This document shows positions 51,596-62,734 of a DNA stretch of 64,000 bases, piece by piece (position 1 is the stretch's first letter; the number at the start of each line of letters is the position of its first letter). Source of the stretch: an uncultured Thiomicrospira sp. (GTDB lineage: Bacteria > Pseudomonadota > Gammaproteobacteria > CAKMZV01); assembly GCA_965195345.1 (NCBI GenBank), contig OZ239628.1, positions 512,001-576,000 of the forward strand, read 5' to 3'. Under the pieces are notes generated by a model. It was given only the letters and a program-made list of their open reading frames with translations. It was not told the origin of the DNA and did not search any database. The position numbers and the translations under genes were made by a program.

Positions 51596-52366
51596 TCAGC
51601 AATGGGTAATGTTACCAAATAATATATCTGTGCGGATAATATATTTTTTACCACGCGTTATTTTTTCACTTGAATGAATGCAATGCAGAGGATGCGAGCC
51701 GTGCGGAAAGCAAAGCGCACCGCCACGAGGGGTTTGAACACTGACAACATTAGAATCTTCATTGCTTCGAGCTGGTCTGCTGGGATTATTTTTACTGACC
51801 ATAAATTGCGTTTGTCCACCGTCATAGTCATCGCTGAGGAATAGTAGATATGTATAGAGGCTGCACATACCCTCGTATGCATCAGCAACGAGCACACCAT
51901 CTATTACTCGACTTCCTGGCCAAGAACCATCAGAATGCGGTTTAAAGTAGTCTCCAGAATTATATTTGTAAAATCGGAATCGAGCATTTAATCCGTGTGC
52001 AATTTGCCCATGCCATTGCTCCTGAATAAGTGAGGTAGAACGATTCCATATCGTTGAGTCTATGTTTTCGCTAACAACCCAATTAACGTTTTCATTATGG
52101 CGAATGTCGTGAGGTAATGAAACGGGTGAATCTTCATTGAACCCTAAGTGTTCAGCAATGTTGATAAAACGCTGGCATTCGGTTTCGCTTAAAACGTTCA
52201 AAAGCTGAAAGGCGCCAGGAATTTTTGGTAGATCTTTTCGAATCGTGTTTGGTGTTACAGTATCGAATAGTAAGTTTGCGGGTACTCTATCTGACCAAGT
52301 TGGTAAGTTATTTACATGAAAACCTGCTTCATGTGCGATGACGTAAAAATACTCTGAATTAATCAA
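51596..52366 (-). CDS. 2OG-Fe(II) oxygenase, prolyl-4-hydroxylase-like
   Basis: LS..EC, RFYKY..G..F.PHSDG (HxD), L.FL.....GG.T.F, distal H, KY..RTD. Confidence 0.85.
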   Translation of the reverse strand: MINSEYFYVIAHEAGFHVNNLPTWSDRVPANLLFDTVTPNTIRKDLPKIPGAFQLLNVLSETECQRFINIAEHLGFNEDSPVSLPHDIRHNENVNWVVSENIDSTIWNRSTSLIQEQWHGQIAHGLNARFRFYKYNSGDYFKPHSDGSWPGSRVIDGVLVADAYEGMCSLYTYLLFLSDDYDGGQTQFMVSKNNPSRPARSNEDSNVVSVQTPRGGALCFPHGSHPLHCIHSSEKITRGKKYIIRTDILFGNITHC

Positions 52367-52465
52367 GGGAATTTCCCACCCTTTTTCTTACTCTATAACG
52401 TTTGTTAAGTGTAATCATTAGCTAATAATGGTGTCATTATCGCATATAAAATCTATGCAGACGTT

Positions 52466-53611
52466 CTAGTTGAAATGCACACGAAATTGATCAACAATGT
52501 CCCAGTCTAATTGAATCCCAAGCCCAGAGTCATCAGAAACAGGAAGCATTCCGTTTTTTTGAATTTTGGAGCCATTTCTGATTAGTTTTTGCCGTAGAAG
52601 AGAATTGCTTGTCGAATATTCCATCGGTTCAGAGATTGCATTCGTACACATGAAGTGTATATTTGCCGCAAGCATAATATCTGTGTTGTAACAATGAGGA
52701 GTAATACGTTTGTTGTTTTTCTTTAATATTTTATTAAGCTTAATTGCCTCACTAATTCCCCCAAACAAAGTTAAATCAGGCTGCGCAATGTCAAAGGCAT
52801 CGGCTTGTAAAAACGGCAAGAATTCTTTCGTGGTTATTAAGCCAACATCACCGACAGCAATGGGTAATTGTGTGATTTTCTTTAAACGTGCGTGATCATC
52901 AATATTATCTGCATCGAAAGGTGCTTCGATCCATTTGAAATTAAGATTTTCTAATGTGGGGATAATTTGTTCAATCTGCTCAAAAAGGGTTAATTCCATA
53001 GCAGCATCAAACATCATGTCAATTTCGGGACCTACAAAATTACGAATTTGGTGTAAAACTTCTATTGCTAAAGGAATATCACTCCACCACTCTTCTGCAC
53101 ATACTTTTATGCTTTTGAATCCTTGCTCAAGAATTTTGTCAATGTTTGGAATAAACTCTTTTGAGTCGTTCCCTGTAGGATAGATTGTTGCATAAGCAGG
53201 CAACGCACTGTACTTTTTGTCTCCTAAGTACGAATGAACAGGTCTATTATTGAGTTTTCCTAATAAATCCCATAAAGCAATGTCTATAGCACTGATAGCG
53301 TGCAAAGCAATTCCATAGCGACCATGCCAATTTGTATGGTGGTACATCTTTTGCCACAATCGTTTGATGTCTTCCTCAGTGGTGAGAGACTCACCTTCAA
53401 TAATTGATGCCAGCCCTTGTGAAAGCACGTTGTAAGCAGGACACTCAATAAGCGCTTTAATAATTGTAGGTGGAGAATCCGTTTCTCCAACGCCGTAAGT
53501 GCCATTTTCAGCATGCACCACAATGAGAGCATTCTGATAACTACCCTCGTAACGTACATAGTCGATTTGAGGATCATTAAGGCAGATAATTTCAAGTTTT
53601 TCAATGCGCAT
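52466..53611 (-). CDS. Enolase superfamily protein, mandelate racemase subgroup (start ATG 53611)
   Basis: AISAIDIALWDL.GK...P....LG, metal ligands MFD / WIEAP / GD, QPD..PH His-Asp dyad, GLGI.LD. Confidence 0.9.
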   Translation of the reverse strand: MRIEKLEIICLNDPQIDYVRYEGSYQNALIVVHAENGTYGVGETDSPPTIIKALIECPAYNVLSQGLASIIEGESLTTEEDIKRLWQKMYHHTNWHGRYGIALHAISAIDIALWDLLGKLNNRPVHSYLGDKKYSALPAYATIYPTGNDSKEFIPNIDKILEQGFKSIKVCAEEWWSDIPLAIEVLHQIRNFVGPEIDMMFDAAMELTLFEQIEQIIPTLENLNFKWIEAPFDADNIDDHARLKKITQLPIAVGDVGLITTKEFLPFLQADAFDIAQPDLTLFGGISEAIKLNKILKKNNKRITPHCYNTDIMLAANIHFMCTNAISEPMEYSTSNSLLRQKLIRNGSKIQKNGMLPVSDDSGLGIQLDWDIVDQFRVHFN

Positions 53612-54154
53612 GGAACCCCTCAATTAACAAATTATTTTTACTTCTTGGATACTTTGTGCAAATGTATAGGTGGTTTTCATTATTCATATTGAATTCAACT
53701 TCAAAACCGCTGTTTAGTCGCAGTATTAATGACAGTTAATACTTCACACATAGGCCCAAAAGACAAGCGTGCTGTTTCAACTATTGGAGCAAAAGCATAA
53801 AGTTCTATTTAACCAATATTGATGAGCTCAGCAATATCTTCAATATTGATTTAAATAAGCACAGTTTGTGCTGCCTGTTTTTGTGTATTGTATGTTTTTT
53901 TAGCGGGTAAATCACAGCAGAGTGTTTTTGTTTCCCCATATTCAGGTATTCCATAGGAATCGTATTAGCCAATTAGAGATTGGTTACTACTGTAATGCAA
54001 TTTTTTTAATCATAATATTTGCAAAGTCTTTAATTCAGTAGAGTTTTCAGTAGGGGAATAATATTCCGAATCTTTGATTATTATTTTTTCTTATTGATGT
54101 GCAATAGTATATAATTAAATACTTATGGTTAAGTAAAAACAATGAGGAATTATT

Positions 54155-55342
54155 ATGGCAAATGTTGATGTTTTATTCATATTGATCGGTGCAATATTAG
54201 TGCTTTTCATGCACGCTGGTTTTGCTTTTTTAGAAGTTGGTACAGTACGATATAAAAATCAAGCCAATGCATTGAGCAAAATAATAGTCGATATTTCTGT
54301 TGCAACAATATCTTACTTTTTTATTGGCTATGGCGTCGCATATGGAAGCTTCATTGGTTTGAATCTTGACGGTGATTTAACCCAAGCTATTATTGAAAAG
54401 TCAGGATATGAGTTGGTTAAGTTCTTCTTCTTAATGACCTTTGCCGCAGCTATCCCAGCCATAATATCGGGAGGGATTGCTGAACGCGCTAAATTTTATC
54501 CGCAAATGATTGCATCGATTTTCATCGTCGCTTTACTGTACCCTTTAATTGAAGGTATATTCTGGAACGGTAACTTTGGAATTCAAAGTACTCTTGAATC
54601 AACTTTTGGAGCGCCTTTTCATGATTTTGCTGGTTCGTTGGTAGTGCACGGTGTTGGTGGATGGATTGCACTTGCAGCAATAATGCAACTGGGACCACGT
54701 ATTGGACGAAAAGGTGTCAAGAAAAAAGCATTTCCTCCTTCGAGCATTCCTTTTTTAGCATTGGGGTCTTGGATACTCATTGTGGGCTGGTTTGGTTTTA
54801 ATGTTATGTCGGCTCAGAAAATTGAAGATGTACAAGGGCTCGTTGCTATTAACTCACTTATGGCTATGGCTGGAGGGACTTTAGGCAGTTTAATTGTGGG
54901 AAAGCGGGATCCTGGTTTTTTGCATAATGGTCCATTAGCTGGATTAGTGGCAATCTGTGCGGGTTCCGATGTGGTAAGTCCAATTGCGGCTATTATTATC
55001 GGAATTTTGGCTGGGATATTTTTTGTAAAAGGTTTTGTTTACACGCAAAACAAACTAAATATTGATGATGTTTTGGGCGTATGGCCATTGCATGGACTTT
55101 GTGGATTATGGGGCGTTTTGGCGTGTGGCATATTCGGTTATGAAATTTTTGGAGGCTTAGGTGGAGTAGCCTTTACATCTCAACTAACAGGTGCGTTTAT
55201 TGGAGTTGTATTAAGTTTTTTGGGTGGGCATGTAGTATACGGTCTATTGCGAGTAACCATAGGCATTCGTATTACTCAACAAGAAGAACATGAAGGAAAC
55301 GACTTAGCAGTACATAACGTAACAGCGGATCACCGTGAATAA
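54155..55342 (+). CDS. amt: Ammonium transporter (Amt family, no cleavable signal peptide)
   Basis: MHAGFAFLEVG.VR.KN, ISGGIAER, DFAGS.VVH, GWFGFN, IDD.LG...LHG twin-His. Confidence 0.95.
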   Translation: MANVDVLFILIGAILVLFMHAGFAFLEVGTVRYKNQANALSKIIVDISVATISYFFIGYGVAYGSFIGLNLDGDLTQAIIEKSGYELVKFFFLMTFAAAIPAIISGGIAERAKFYPQMIASIFIVALLYPLIEGIFWNGNFGIQSTLESTFGAPFHDFAGSLVVHGVGGWIALAAIMQLGPRIGRKGVKKKAFPPSSIPFLALGSWILIVGWFGFNVMSAQKIEDVQGLVAINSLMAMAGGTLGSLIVGKRDPGFLHNGPLAGLVAICAGSDVVSPIAAIIIGILAGIFFVKGFVYTQNKLNIDDVLGVWPLHGLCGLWGVLACGIFGYEIFGGLGGVAFTSQLTGAFIGVVLSFLGGHVVYGLLRVTIGIRITQQEEHEGNDLAVHNVTADHRE

Positions 55343-55522
55343 CTACAATTAAGATAGTAATTATATGATCGTGGATGATGTTAAAATAAATTCTTTTGCA
55401 TTTGTATCATTTCCACACTGACGGGTGAAGTGTTTTTGGCAATGCTAATTAGTCGCAAAAACGCGTTTTTAAAATTTGCTGTATGGGCGTGATAATCGTC
55501 CCTACACAATAATTTATAGCCC

Positions 55523-56638
55523 ATGCAATTCTACATATTTTTAATAGTTACCTTTAGTCTATTTTGGTGTATTCACTCGTATGTGCTTATTCATATAGTT
55601 TCATGGTTCGGTGGTTGCTTTAAATGGCGTTATTTGCTATGGATAGCTTTATATGGAGTGTTGTTCATTGCTTTCAAAGGGTATAAGGATTATGCACATA
55701 TTTTAGAATTAGAAATCTTGTCACGCGCATGGTTTATTCCGATTGCTTGGGTGTTACTCGCTATGCCGATAATGTTGCTCTTTGATGCTTTGATTTTGTT
55801 GGTTTTTGTTATTTCTAGATTGAATAGTCGTTGGACGCAAAAATGGAACGCTTTGAACATCAAGAAAATTGGAATTGGTTTGACTGCCCTTATTTCTGTA
55901 CTGTTCTGCGTAGGGCTTTATAATTTTCATCAACCATTAGCAATTGATGTCGTTGATATAAAAAGTGATAAAGTAAGCCGCGATTATTATGTAATTCATT
56001 ACAGTGATTTGCAATTTGGGAGTTCTTCAGAAGAGCATGTCAAAGAAACGGCAAAGACAATTATTGATCTTAGTAAACGCTATCCCATTGATGCAATTTT
56101 CAACACAGGGGATCATGTTGATACAGCCAATTATGTTGCCGAACAAATAGCACCGTTACGTTTTGATGCATTACCAACATTTTTTTCATTGGGCAATCAT
56201 GAGTTCTATCATGGGCATCATAAAATCATACGGATTTTACACAGCTTTGACTACCAAATACTTCGTTCAGCCAATCAAAAACTTGATGATTTGAACATCA
56301 TAGGCATCGATGATAATCCCGACTCTAATCAAGTAAACCGAGTGTTAGAAAGTTCTTCCTTGGTTGATAAAGACAAATTTAATATTTTGCTGTACCATCG
56401 TCCTTTGGGTGCTACAGATGCAGCCAATAAAGGTATTGATTTAATGCTTAGCGGACATACGCACGGCGGGCAGTTCTATCCGTATGTGTGGGCAGTACAA
56501 AATATTTTCCCATTTTCACAAGGCATAAATAAAATTGGGAATATGATACTTTATGTTACCGATGGCGTTGGTTTATGGGGACCTCCATTACGACTCGGTA
56601 GCCGCAATGAATTAGCGTTGATACATATCCATCCCTAG
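55523..56638 (+). CDS. Membrane-anchored metallophosphoesterase (YkuE/YaeI-like)
   Basis: N-terminal TM segments; SDLQ, GDHVD, GNHE, H.P, SGHTHGGQ, G.WGPP.R.G. Confidence 0.88.
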   Translation: MQFYIFLIVTFSLFWCIHSYVLIHIVSWFGGCFKWRYLLWIALYGVLFIAFKGYKDYAHILELEILSRAWFIPIAWVLLAMPIMLLFDALILLVFVISRLNSRWTQKWNALNIKKIGIGLTALISVLFCVGLYNFHQPLAIDVVDIKSDKVSRDYYVIHYSDLQFGSSSEEHVKETAKTIIDLSKRYPIDAIFNTGDHVDTANYVAEQIAPLRFDALPTFFSLGNHEFYHGHHKIIRILHSFDYQILRSANQKLDDLNIIGIDDNPDSNQVNRVLESSSLVDKDKFNILLYHRPLGATDAANKGIDLMLSGHTHGGQFYPYVWAVQNIFPFSQGINKIGNMILYVTDGVGLWGPPLRLGSRNELALIHIHP

Positions 56639-56691
56639 AATATTCACTGAGAGTATTTTCCGATTTTATAGTGCACCGTCAGATAGAGGGC

Positions 56692-57273
56692 TTATGAGTT
56701 GAGCTCCATTGCTTGCGCTAATTCAATTGAGCCATTTTTTTTCAATTGTAAAATAACTTGTTTTCTATCTTGTATTGAACGATTTTGATTTAACTTGTAC
56801 TTGCATTGAATTTCGCATATGTCAATTTCTAAACCTACAATGGCGCGTAACATTGAGCCTTTGTATTGAGGCTTCCATGGCTTTGGGAACTTGGATTCGA
56901 ATTTTTCGGTAAGATGCTCAACAGCGTTCTTAAGCATTTCTGGTTCGTTGAATAGCCGACAATTTCCGTAAATATGGGTTGTTTGATAATTCCAAGTAGG
57001 TACGCCAGGGTCTGAATACCAAGACGGTGATATATAATCATGATTGCCTTGCAAGGTCACCAAGACTTCTTGTCCTTCAATATCATCAGTTTGAGGGTTT
57101 TGTTTTGCTAAATGAGCAATCAATTTCGTTTTGTCTTCTGATAGATAAAAAGGGACATGTGTTGAAAATAATCTTCCACGTGTTGTTGAAATAAGTTGCC
57201 CAAATGCATTTGCCTCTATGAATGCATAAATTTCTTTTTTGTTTGTTATTTCAAAGTATTGAGGTATATACAT
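56692..57273 (-). CDS. FMN-binding split-barrel protein, PaiB family
   Basis: MYIP..F, H.A..NPQ, YISPSWY..VPTWNY, K.KL.QN. Confidence 0.9.
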   Translation of the reverse strand: MYIPQYFEITNKKEIYAFIEANAFGQLISTTRGRLFSTHVPFYLSEDKTKLIAHLAKQNPQTDDIEGQEVLVTLQGNHDYISPSWYSDPGVPTWNYQTTHIYGNCRLFNEPEMLKNAVEHLTEKFESKFPKPWKPQYKGSMLRAIVGLEIDICEIQCKYKLNQNRSIQDRKQVILQLKKNGSIELAQAMELNS

Positions 57274-57326
57274 AATTGTTTAAAAGTGCAGTAGTAATAG
57301 AGTGAGTATTGTGCAGAATGTTATAT

Positions 57327-57953
57327 TTAAATGCTTGTGGTGTATGCAGTAATCTGATCTAAAACAGCATTGGGATTGCGGTATTCTATTTGGATCTCTT
57401 GAGCAAACGGATTGCTGTGATTCTCATTTTGTAGAAAAAGAGAAGGGAAGTGATTACCTCCAATACTTCGAGCAAATTGAATTTGTTTAGTTAGTGCGTC
57501 TTGGATTTCTTTAGAGTGAAGTTTTTTTGTAAAAAAAACTAAGTCAAGACCTACTGACTCGGCACACTGTATCAGTGTTTCTGTTTCAGAGGGATTTTGG
57601 GCGTTCAAATAATAGGCGTGCTGAATTGCTTGCATCATAGCGTGCTCTTTGTTTGATAACGCTGCGACTATTACTGCTCTACAAGCTGGGTATGTTGACC
57701 TTTTAGGGGTGTTCTTTATCCAAAAGTCATGGTTAAACTTTGCGCCACTAACTGAAGCTACTTGATGCCATATTGCTGCAATGCTACTGCGCATATCCAA
57801 AGGCATTGGTTCATCTGTATCTGCCGCAAGCCCACCCAACAGGTATTGTAATTCAATGTTTTTTGGAAGCATCTTTTCTACTGCTTCCCAAGTATTAGAA
57901 AATCCCCAGCACCAAGAGCACATGGGGTCATGAACATAGTAGAGTTTTGTCAT
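57327..57953 (-). CDS. DsbA-family thioredoxin-like protein
   Basis: YVHDPMCSWCWGF, GGLA, RSTYPACRA, FPSL. Confidence 0.9.
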   Translation of the reverse strand: MTKLYYVHDPMCSWCWGFSNTWEAVEKMLPKNIELQYLLGGLAADTDEPMPLDMRSSIAAIWHQVASVSGAKFNHDFWIKNTPKRSTYPACRAVIVAALSNKEHAMMQAIQHAYYLNAQNPSETETLIQCAESVGLDLVFFTKKLHSKEIQDALTKQIQFARSIGGNHFPSLFLQNENHSNPFAQEIQIEYRNPNAVLDQITAYTTSI

Positions 57954-58055
57954 AAGTCAATTTCAGTTACTAATATTAAAGACCCTTATTGTCGGTTATC
58001 AATTATGGTTGTCGTGGAGTAAATTAAATATTTTTGTTGTTTTTTGAATAATGTG

Positions 58056-58083
58056 CTTGAAAATTCACACCCTATCCACATAA
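58056..58083 (+). promoter_or_regulatory. Sigma-32 heat-shock promoter of groESL
   Basis: CTTGAAA-N13-CCACATAA, close to the CTTGAAA-N13/14-CCCCATnT consensus. Confidence 0.65.
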
Positions 58084-58141
58084 AGAGTATAAGTTTTGAT
58101 TTGGATAATTTCATTAACACCATATAAGGAGGGTTTTAATA

Positions 58142-58426
58142 ATGAAAGTTCGCCCATTAAATGATCGTATCGCTGTGAAACGCGCTGCTGAAGAAACAAC
58201 ATCTTCTGGAGGAATTGTTATTCCTGATTCCAGTGCAGAAAAACCTACACGCGGTGAAGTTTTTGCGGTTGGAGACGGTAAAAAATGTGACGACGGAACA
58301 TGCTGTAAACTAACAGTTAAAGTTGGTGATAATGTGTTGTTTGGTCAGTATGCAGGAACCGAAATAACTGTTGATGGAGAGAAATTGTTAATCATGCGAG
58401 AAGACGACGTACTCGCTATTGTTTAA
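58142..58426 (+). CDS. groES: Co-chaperonin GroES
   Basis: RPL.DR, GGIVIPD.A.EKP, VKVGD.VLF..Y.G, E.D.LA. Confidence 0.97.
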   Translation: MKVRPLNDRIAVKRAAEETTSSGGIVIPDSSAEKPTRGEVFAVGDGKKCDDGTCCKLTVKVGDNVLFGQYAGTEITVDGEKLLIMREDDVLAIV

Positions 58427-58454
58427 CTGCTAAAAAAATAGAATGAGGATTTAA

Positions 58455-60101
<1,647 letters not shown>

Positions 60102-60123
60102 TCATCGCCTTCCTTTGTTCTAG

Positions 60124-60155
60124 AAAAAGCCTCGGGCATTGTCCGAGGCTTTTTT
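60124..60155 (+). terminator. Rho-independent terminator after groEL
   Basis: AAAAAGCCTCGGGC-att-GTCCGAGGCTTTTTT. Confidence 0.9.
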
Positions 60156-60208
60156 AATTGAACTGTTTGAAAGCATGAATAGTTAATGACAAATACCTTT
60201 ACAATAAA

Positions 60209-61513
60209 ATGATGCAGACACCTGTTTTAATATTAGGTAGTGGTAAGAGCAACCAAGCTGTTGGACGTTTTTTCACCCGTCAAAAAATTCCTTTTGTTGT
60301 TAGCGATACTCGAAATGATACTATCAATAAGCAGCATTGGAATGATCATTACGGCGATTCTATATGGTGGGATTTTGAAACTTGTTTGAATTCCGTCAAC
60401 CATTTTTCTACAATCGTAGTATCTCCAGGAATTTCTTTAGATAACGAATTAGTACAAAGAGCATTTAAGATAGGATTGGAGGTTATTGGCGAACTTGAGA
60501 TATTTGCCCGACATAACGTGCGTCCAGTTATTGCTATCACTGGAACAAATGGTAAAAGTACTGTAACTCGATTGGTAGAATATACTTTACAAAATGCAGG
60601 GTTCAATGCTGTTGCAGGGGGGAATATTGGATTGCCCGGATTGGACTTGTTGCTCCAAGACTACGCTATTGCAGTGTTGGAGATATCCAGTTTTCAGTTA
60701 GAGAGCATACATTCATTGCAACCGCAAGCTTCAGTTTTATTGAATATCGGCAATGATCATTTAGATAGGCATGGAAATAATGAAAATTATTTGTCCGTTA
60801 AAGAACGCTTACTAGCATGGTCAAAAATTTCTATTGTGAATGATTCGTTATCTCTTCAGCAAAAGGCCGACATTACTTTTTCGGCAAAAAGTAATACTAG
60901 CGACTACAGAGTGCAGGATGATTATGGTATTCCTTTTATATATAGAGGGAATGAGAAGTTAATTCGCTTAACGGATTTACAATGTAATGGTGAACATAAT
61001 GTAGAAAATATTATGGCTGCTTGGGCATTGGTACGTGCAATGGGGCTGAACGACACCGTCATAGCTAATGCAATTCGTGGTTTTAAGGGATTAAAACATC
61101 GTTGTGAATTGTTAGGAACCTTAGATGGGGTTCAATGGATTAATGATTCAAAGGGCACCAATGTGGAAGCTCTAGTTGCAGCCTTGTCGAGTTTTTCAAA
61201 AAAGAATGTTTTGCTAATCGCAGGAGGACAAGCTAAAGGTCAACAATTGTATCCTTTAGAAGATGCATTGAAACGTTGTGTGAAAAAGATTTTTGCAATT
61301 GGTGAGGATGGATCATCTTTCTTGGAAATGGGCGTTGAAGGGGAATATTTTACTTTTTTTGAAGAGGCATTGAGTGCAGCTCATAAAGCATCTGTAGAGG
61401 GTGATGTGGTGCTTCTATCGCCAGCGTGTTCTTCGCTCGATATGTTTAAAAACTTTGAACACCGTGGTCAAATATTCACCGAATATTTTCAACAACTTTG
61501 CGCCTGTTCTTAA
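60209..61513 (+). CDS. murD: UDP-N-acetylmuramoyl-L-alanine--D-glutamate ligase
   Basis: VVSPGI, ITGTNGKST, GGNIG, E.SSFQL, DHLDRH, HR.E, NDSKGTN, LSPAC.S.D.F..F..RG. Confidence 0.96.
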   Translation: MMQTPVLILGSGKSNQAVGRFFTRQKIPFVVSDTRNDTINKQHWNDHYGDSIWWDFETCLNSVNHFSTIVVSPGISLDNELVQRAFKIGLEVIGELEIFARHNVRPVIAITGTNGKSTVTRLVEYTLQNAGFNAVAGGNIGLPGLDLLLQDYAIAVLEISSFQLESIHSLQPQASVLLNIGNDHLDRHGNNENYLSVKERLLAWSKISIVNDSLSLQQKADITFSAKSNTSDYRVQDDYGIPFIYRGNEKLIRLTDLQCNGEHNVENIMAAWALVRAMGLNDTVIANAIRGFKGLKHRCELLGTLDGVQWINDSKGTNVEALVAALSSFSKKNVLLIAGGQAKGQQLYPLEDALKRCVKKIFAIGEDGSSFLEMGVEGEYFTFFEEALSAAHKASVEGDVVLLSPACSSLDMFKNFEHRGQIFTEYFQQLCACS

Positions 61514-61946
61514 AAAAATTCCTCAATAAATTTGTACATTCACTTTCCATCAAACCTTGAATTGATTCCACTTTATGATTAAGTTGCGTGTTATTTAACA
61601 ATTGAAAATTACTACAAACCGCGCCAGTTTTCGGTTCAAAGGCAGCAAAAAATAAGCGCCTTATTCGAGCGTGTACCAATGCTCCAGCGCACATAGCACA
61701 TGGTTCGAGTGTAACGTATAAGTCGCAATTAGGTAATCGATAATTGTTTGAGGCAGTTCCTGCTGCGCGCAGTGCCATTATTTCGGCATGAGCACACGGA
61801 TCATTGTTTGTTATTTGTTGATTAAAGCCTTCACCGATAATGCTGCTGTTGAGAACGATGACCGCTCCTACTGGTACTTCGTTTATTTTTTCTGCGTGCT
61901 GTGCTAATTCAAATGCACGCTGCATAAAGGCAATAGATTCAGTCAA
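61476..61946 (-). CDS. tadA: tRNA-specific adenosine-34 deaminase
   Basis: EVPVGAV, HAEI.ALR, YVTLEPCAMCAGA, LNH; convergent 38-bp overlap with murD. Confidence 0.95.
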   Translation of the reverse strand: MTESIAFMQRAFELAQHAEKINEVPVGAVIVLNSSIIGEGFNQQITNNDPCAHAEIMALRAAGTASNNYRLPNCDLYVTLEPCAMCAGALVHARIRRLFFAAFEPKTGAVCSNFQLLNNTQLNHKVESIQGLMESECTNLLRNFFKNRRKVVENIR

Positions 61947-62734
61947 ACTTCTGTGGCTTTAACGAAATTGAGTAGTGTACGGTGAGCGCTTGAATTAACG
62001 CTGGCACAAGTGCTGCGGGATACATTTTTGTATGCACCATATGGCTTACCTTGCAAGTCAGTGGCATAACCTCCAGCTTCACTCAATATCAAGTGGCCTG
62101 CAGCATAATCCCACAAATGTTTTTTTCCAGTTAGAATAAATTGGCATCGATTAGAAGCAAGCCAACACCATTCAAGTGCTGCTGCCCCAAGGCTTCTATG
62201 AGATTTATAAGGCTGGTGAGCAATTAAACTTTGACGTGTTCCTATATTCAAGCTTTTTAATTCAACCATAGCAATGCTTTTTTTAATGTCAATGGTCTCA
62301 TCTGGTAGTTTTAAAACCTCGCCATTAACCCAAGCACCGTGGTCTTTTAGAGCATAAAAACACTCATCCCTATTAGGGTCGTAAACAAGCCCTGCTATTG
62401 GCTGAGCATTTTCGACCAGTGCTAGGGAAACCGCAAAGAAGGGAAATGTTTTTACGAAGTTTGTTGTGCCGTCTAGAGGATCAAGCACCCATACTAACCC
62501 ATCGGGCAAAACATCATGGCTATTACTTTCTTCACTCATAAAGATAATGTTTGGGAACTGAGCTTTGAGAGCCTCTCCTATGCTTTTTTCAATAGCAATA
62601 TCAGAGCTTGACACCCAACTTTTGTCATTTTTTATCTGCACTTCATGCGATTTTTGCCTAGGCATTTTTAAGCATTCATCGGTAAGGCTTTTAACTGTTT
62701 TTGCTAGTTTTTCAAGTGTCTCAAGATTCATCAT
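61943..62734 (-). CDS. Inositol monophosphatase family protein (start 62734/62731, or TTG 62749)
   Basis: SEE, WVLDPLDGTTNF, R.LG.AALE, WDYAAG..I..EAGG. Confidence 0.9.
   Translation of the reverse strand: MMNLETLEKLAKTVKSLTDECLKMPRQKSHEVQIKNDKSWVSSSDIAIEKSIGEALKAQFPNIIFMSEESNSHDVLPDGLVWVLDPLDGTTNFVKTFPFFAVSLALVENAQPIAGLVYDPNRDECFYALKDHGAWVNGEVLKLPDETIDIKKSIAMVELKSLNIGTRQSLIAHQPYKSHRSLGAAALEWCWLASNRCQFILTGKKHLWDYAAGHLILSEAGGYATDLQGKPYGAYKNVSRSTCASVNSSAHRTLLNFVKATEV

Noticed and set aside
53805-53954. 49-codon minus-strand ORF in the enolase-amt gap (MEYLNMGKQK..)
   Set aside because: No RBS, motif or signal; expected by chance.
53981-54000. Possible sigma-54 promoter upstream of amt
   Set aside because: GG-to-GC spacing is 13 nt, not the required 10.
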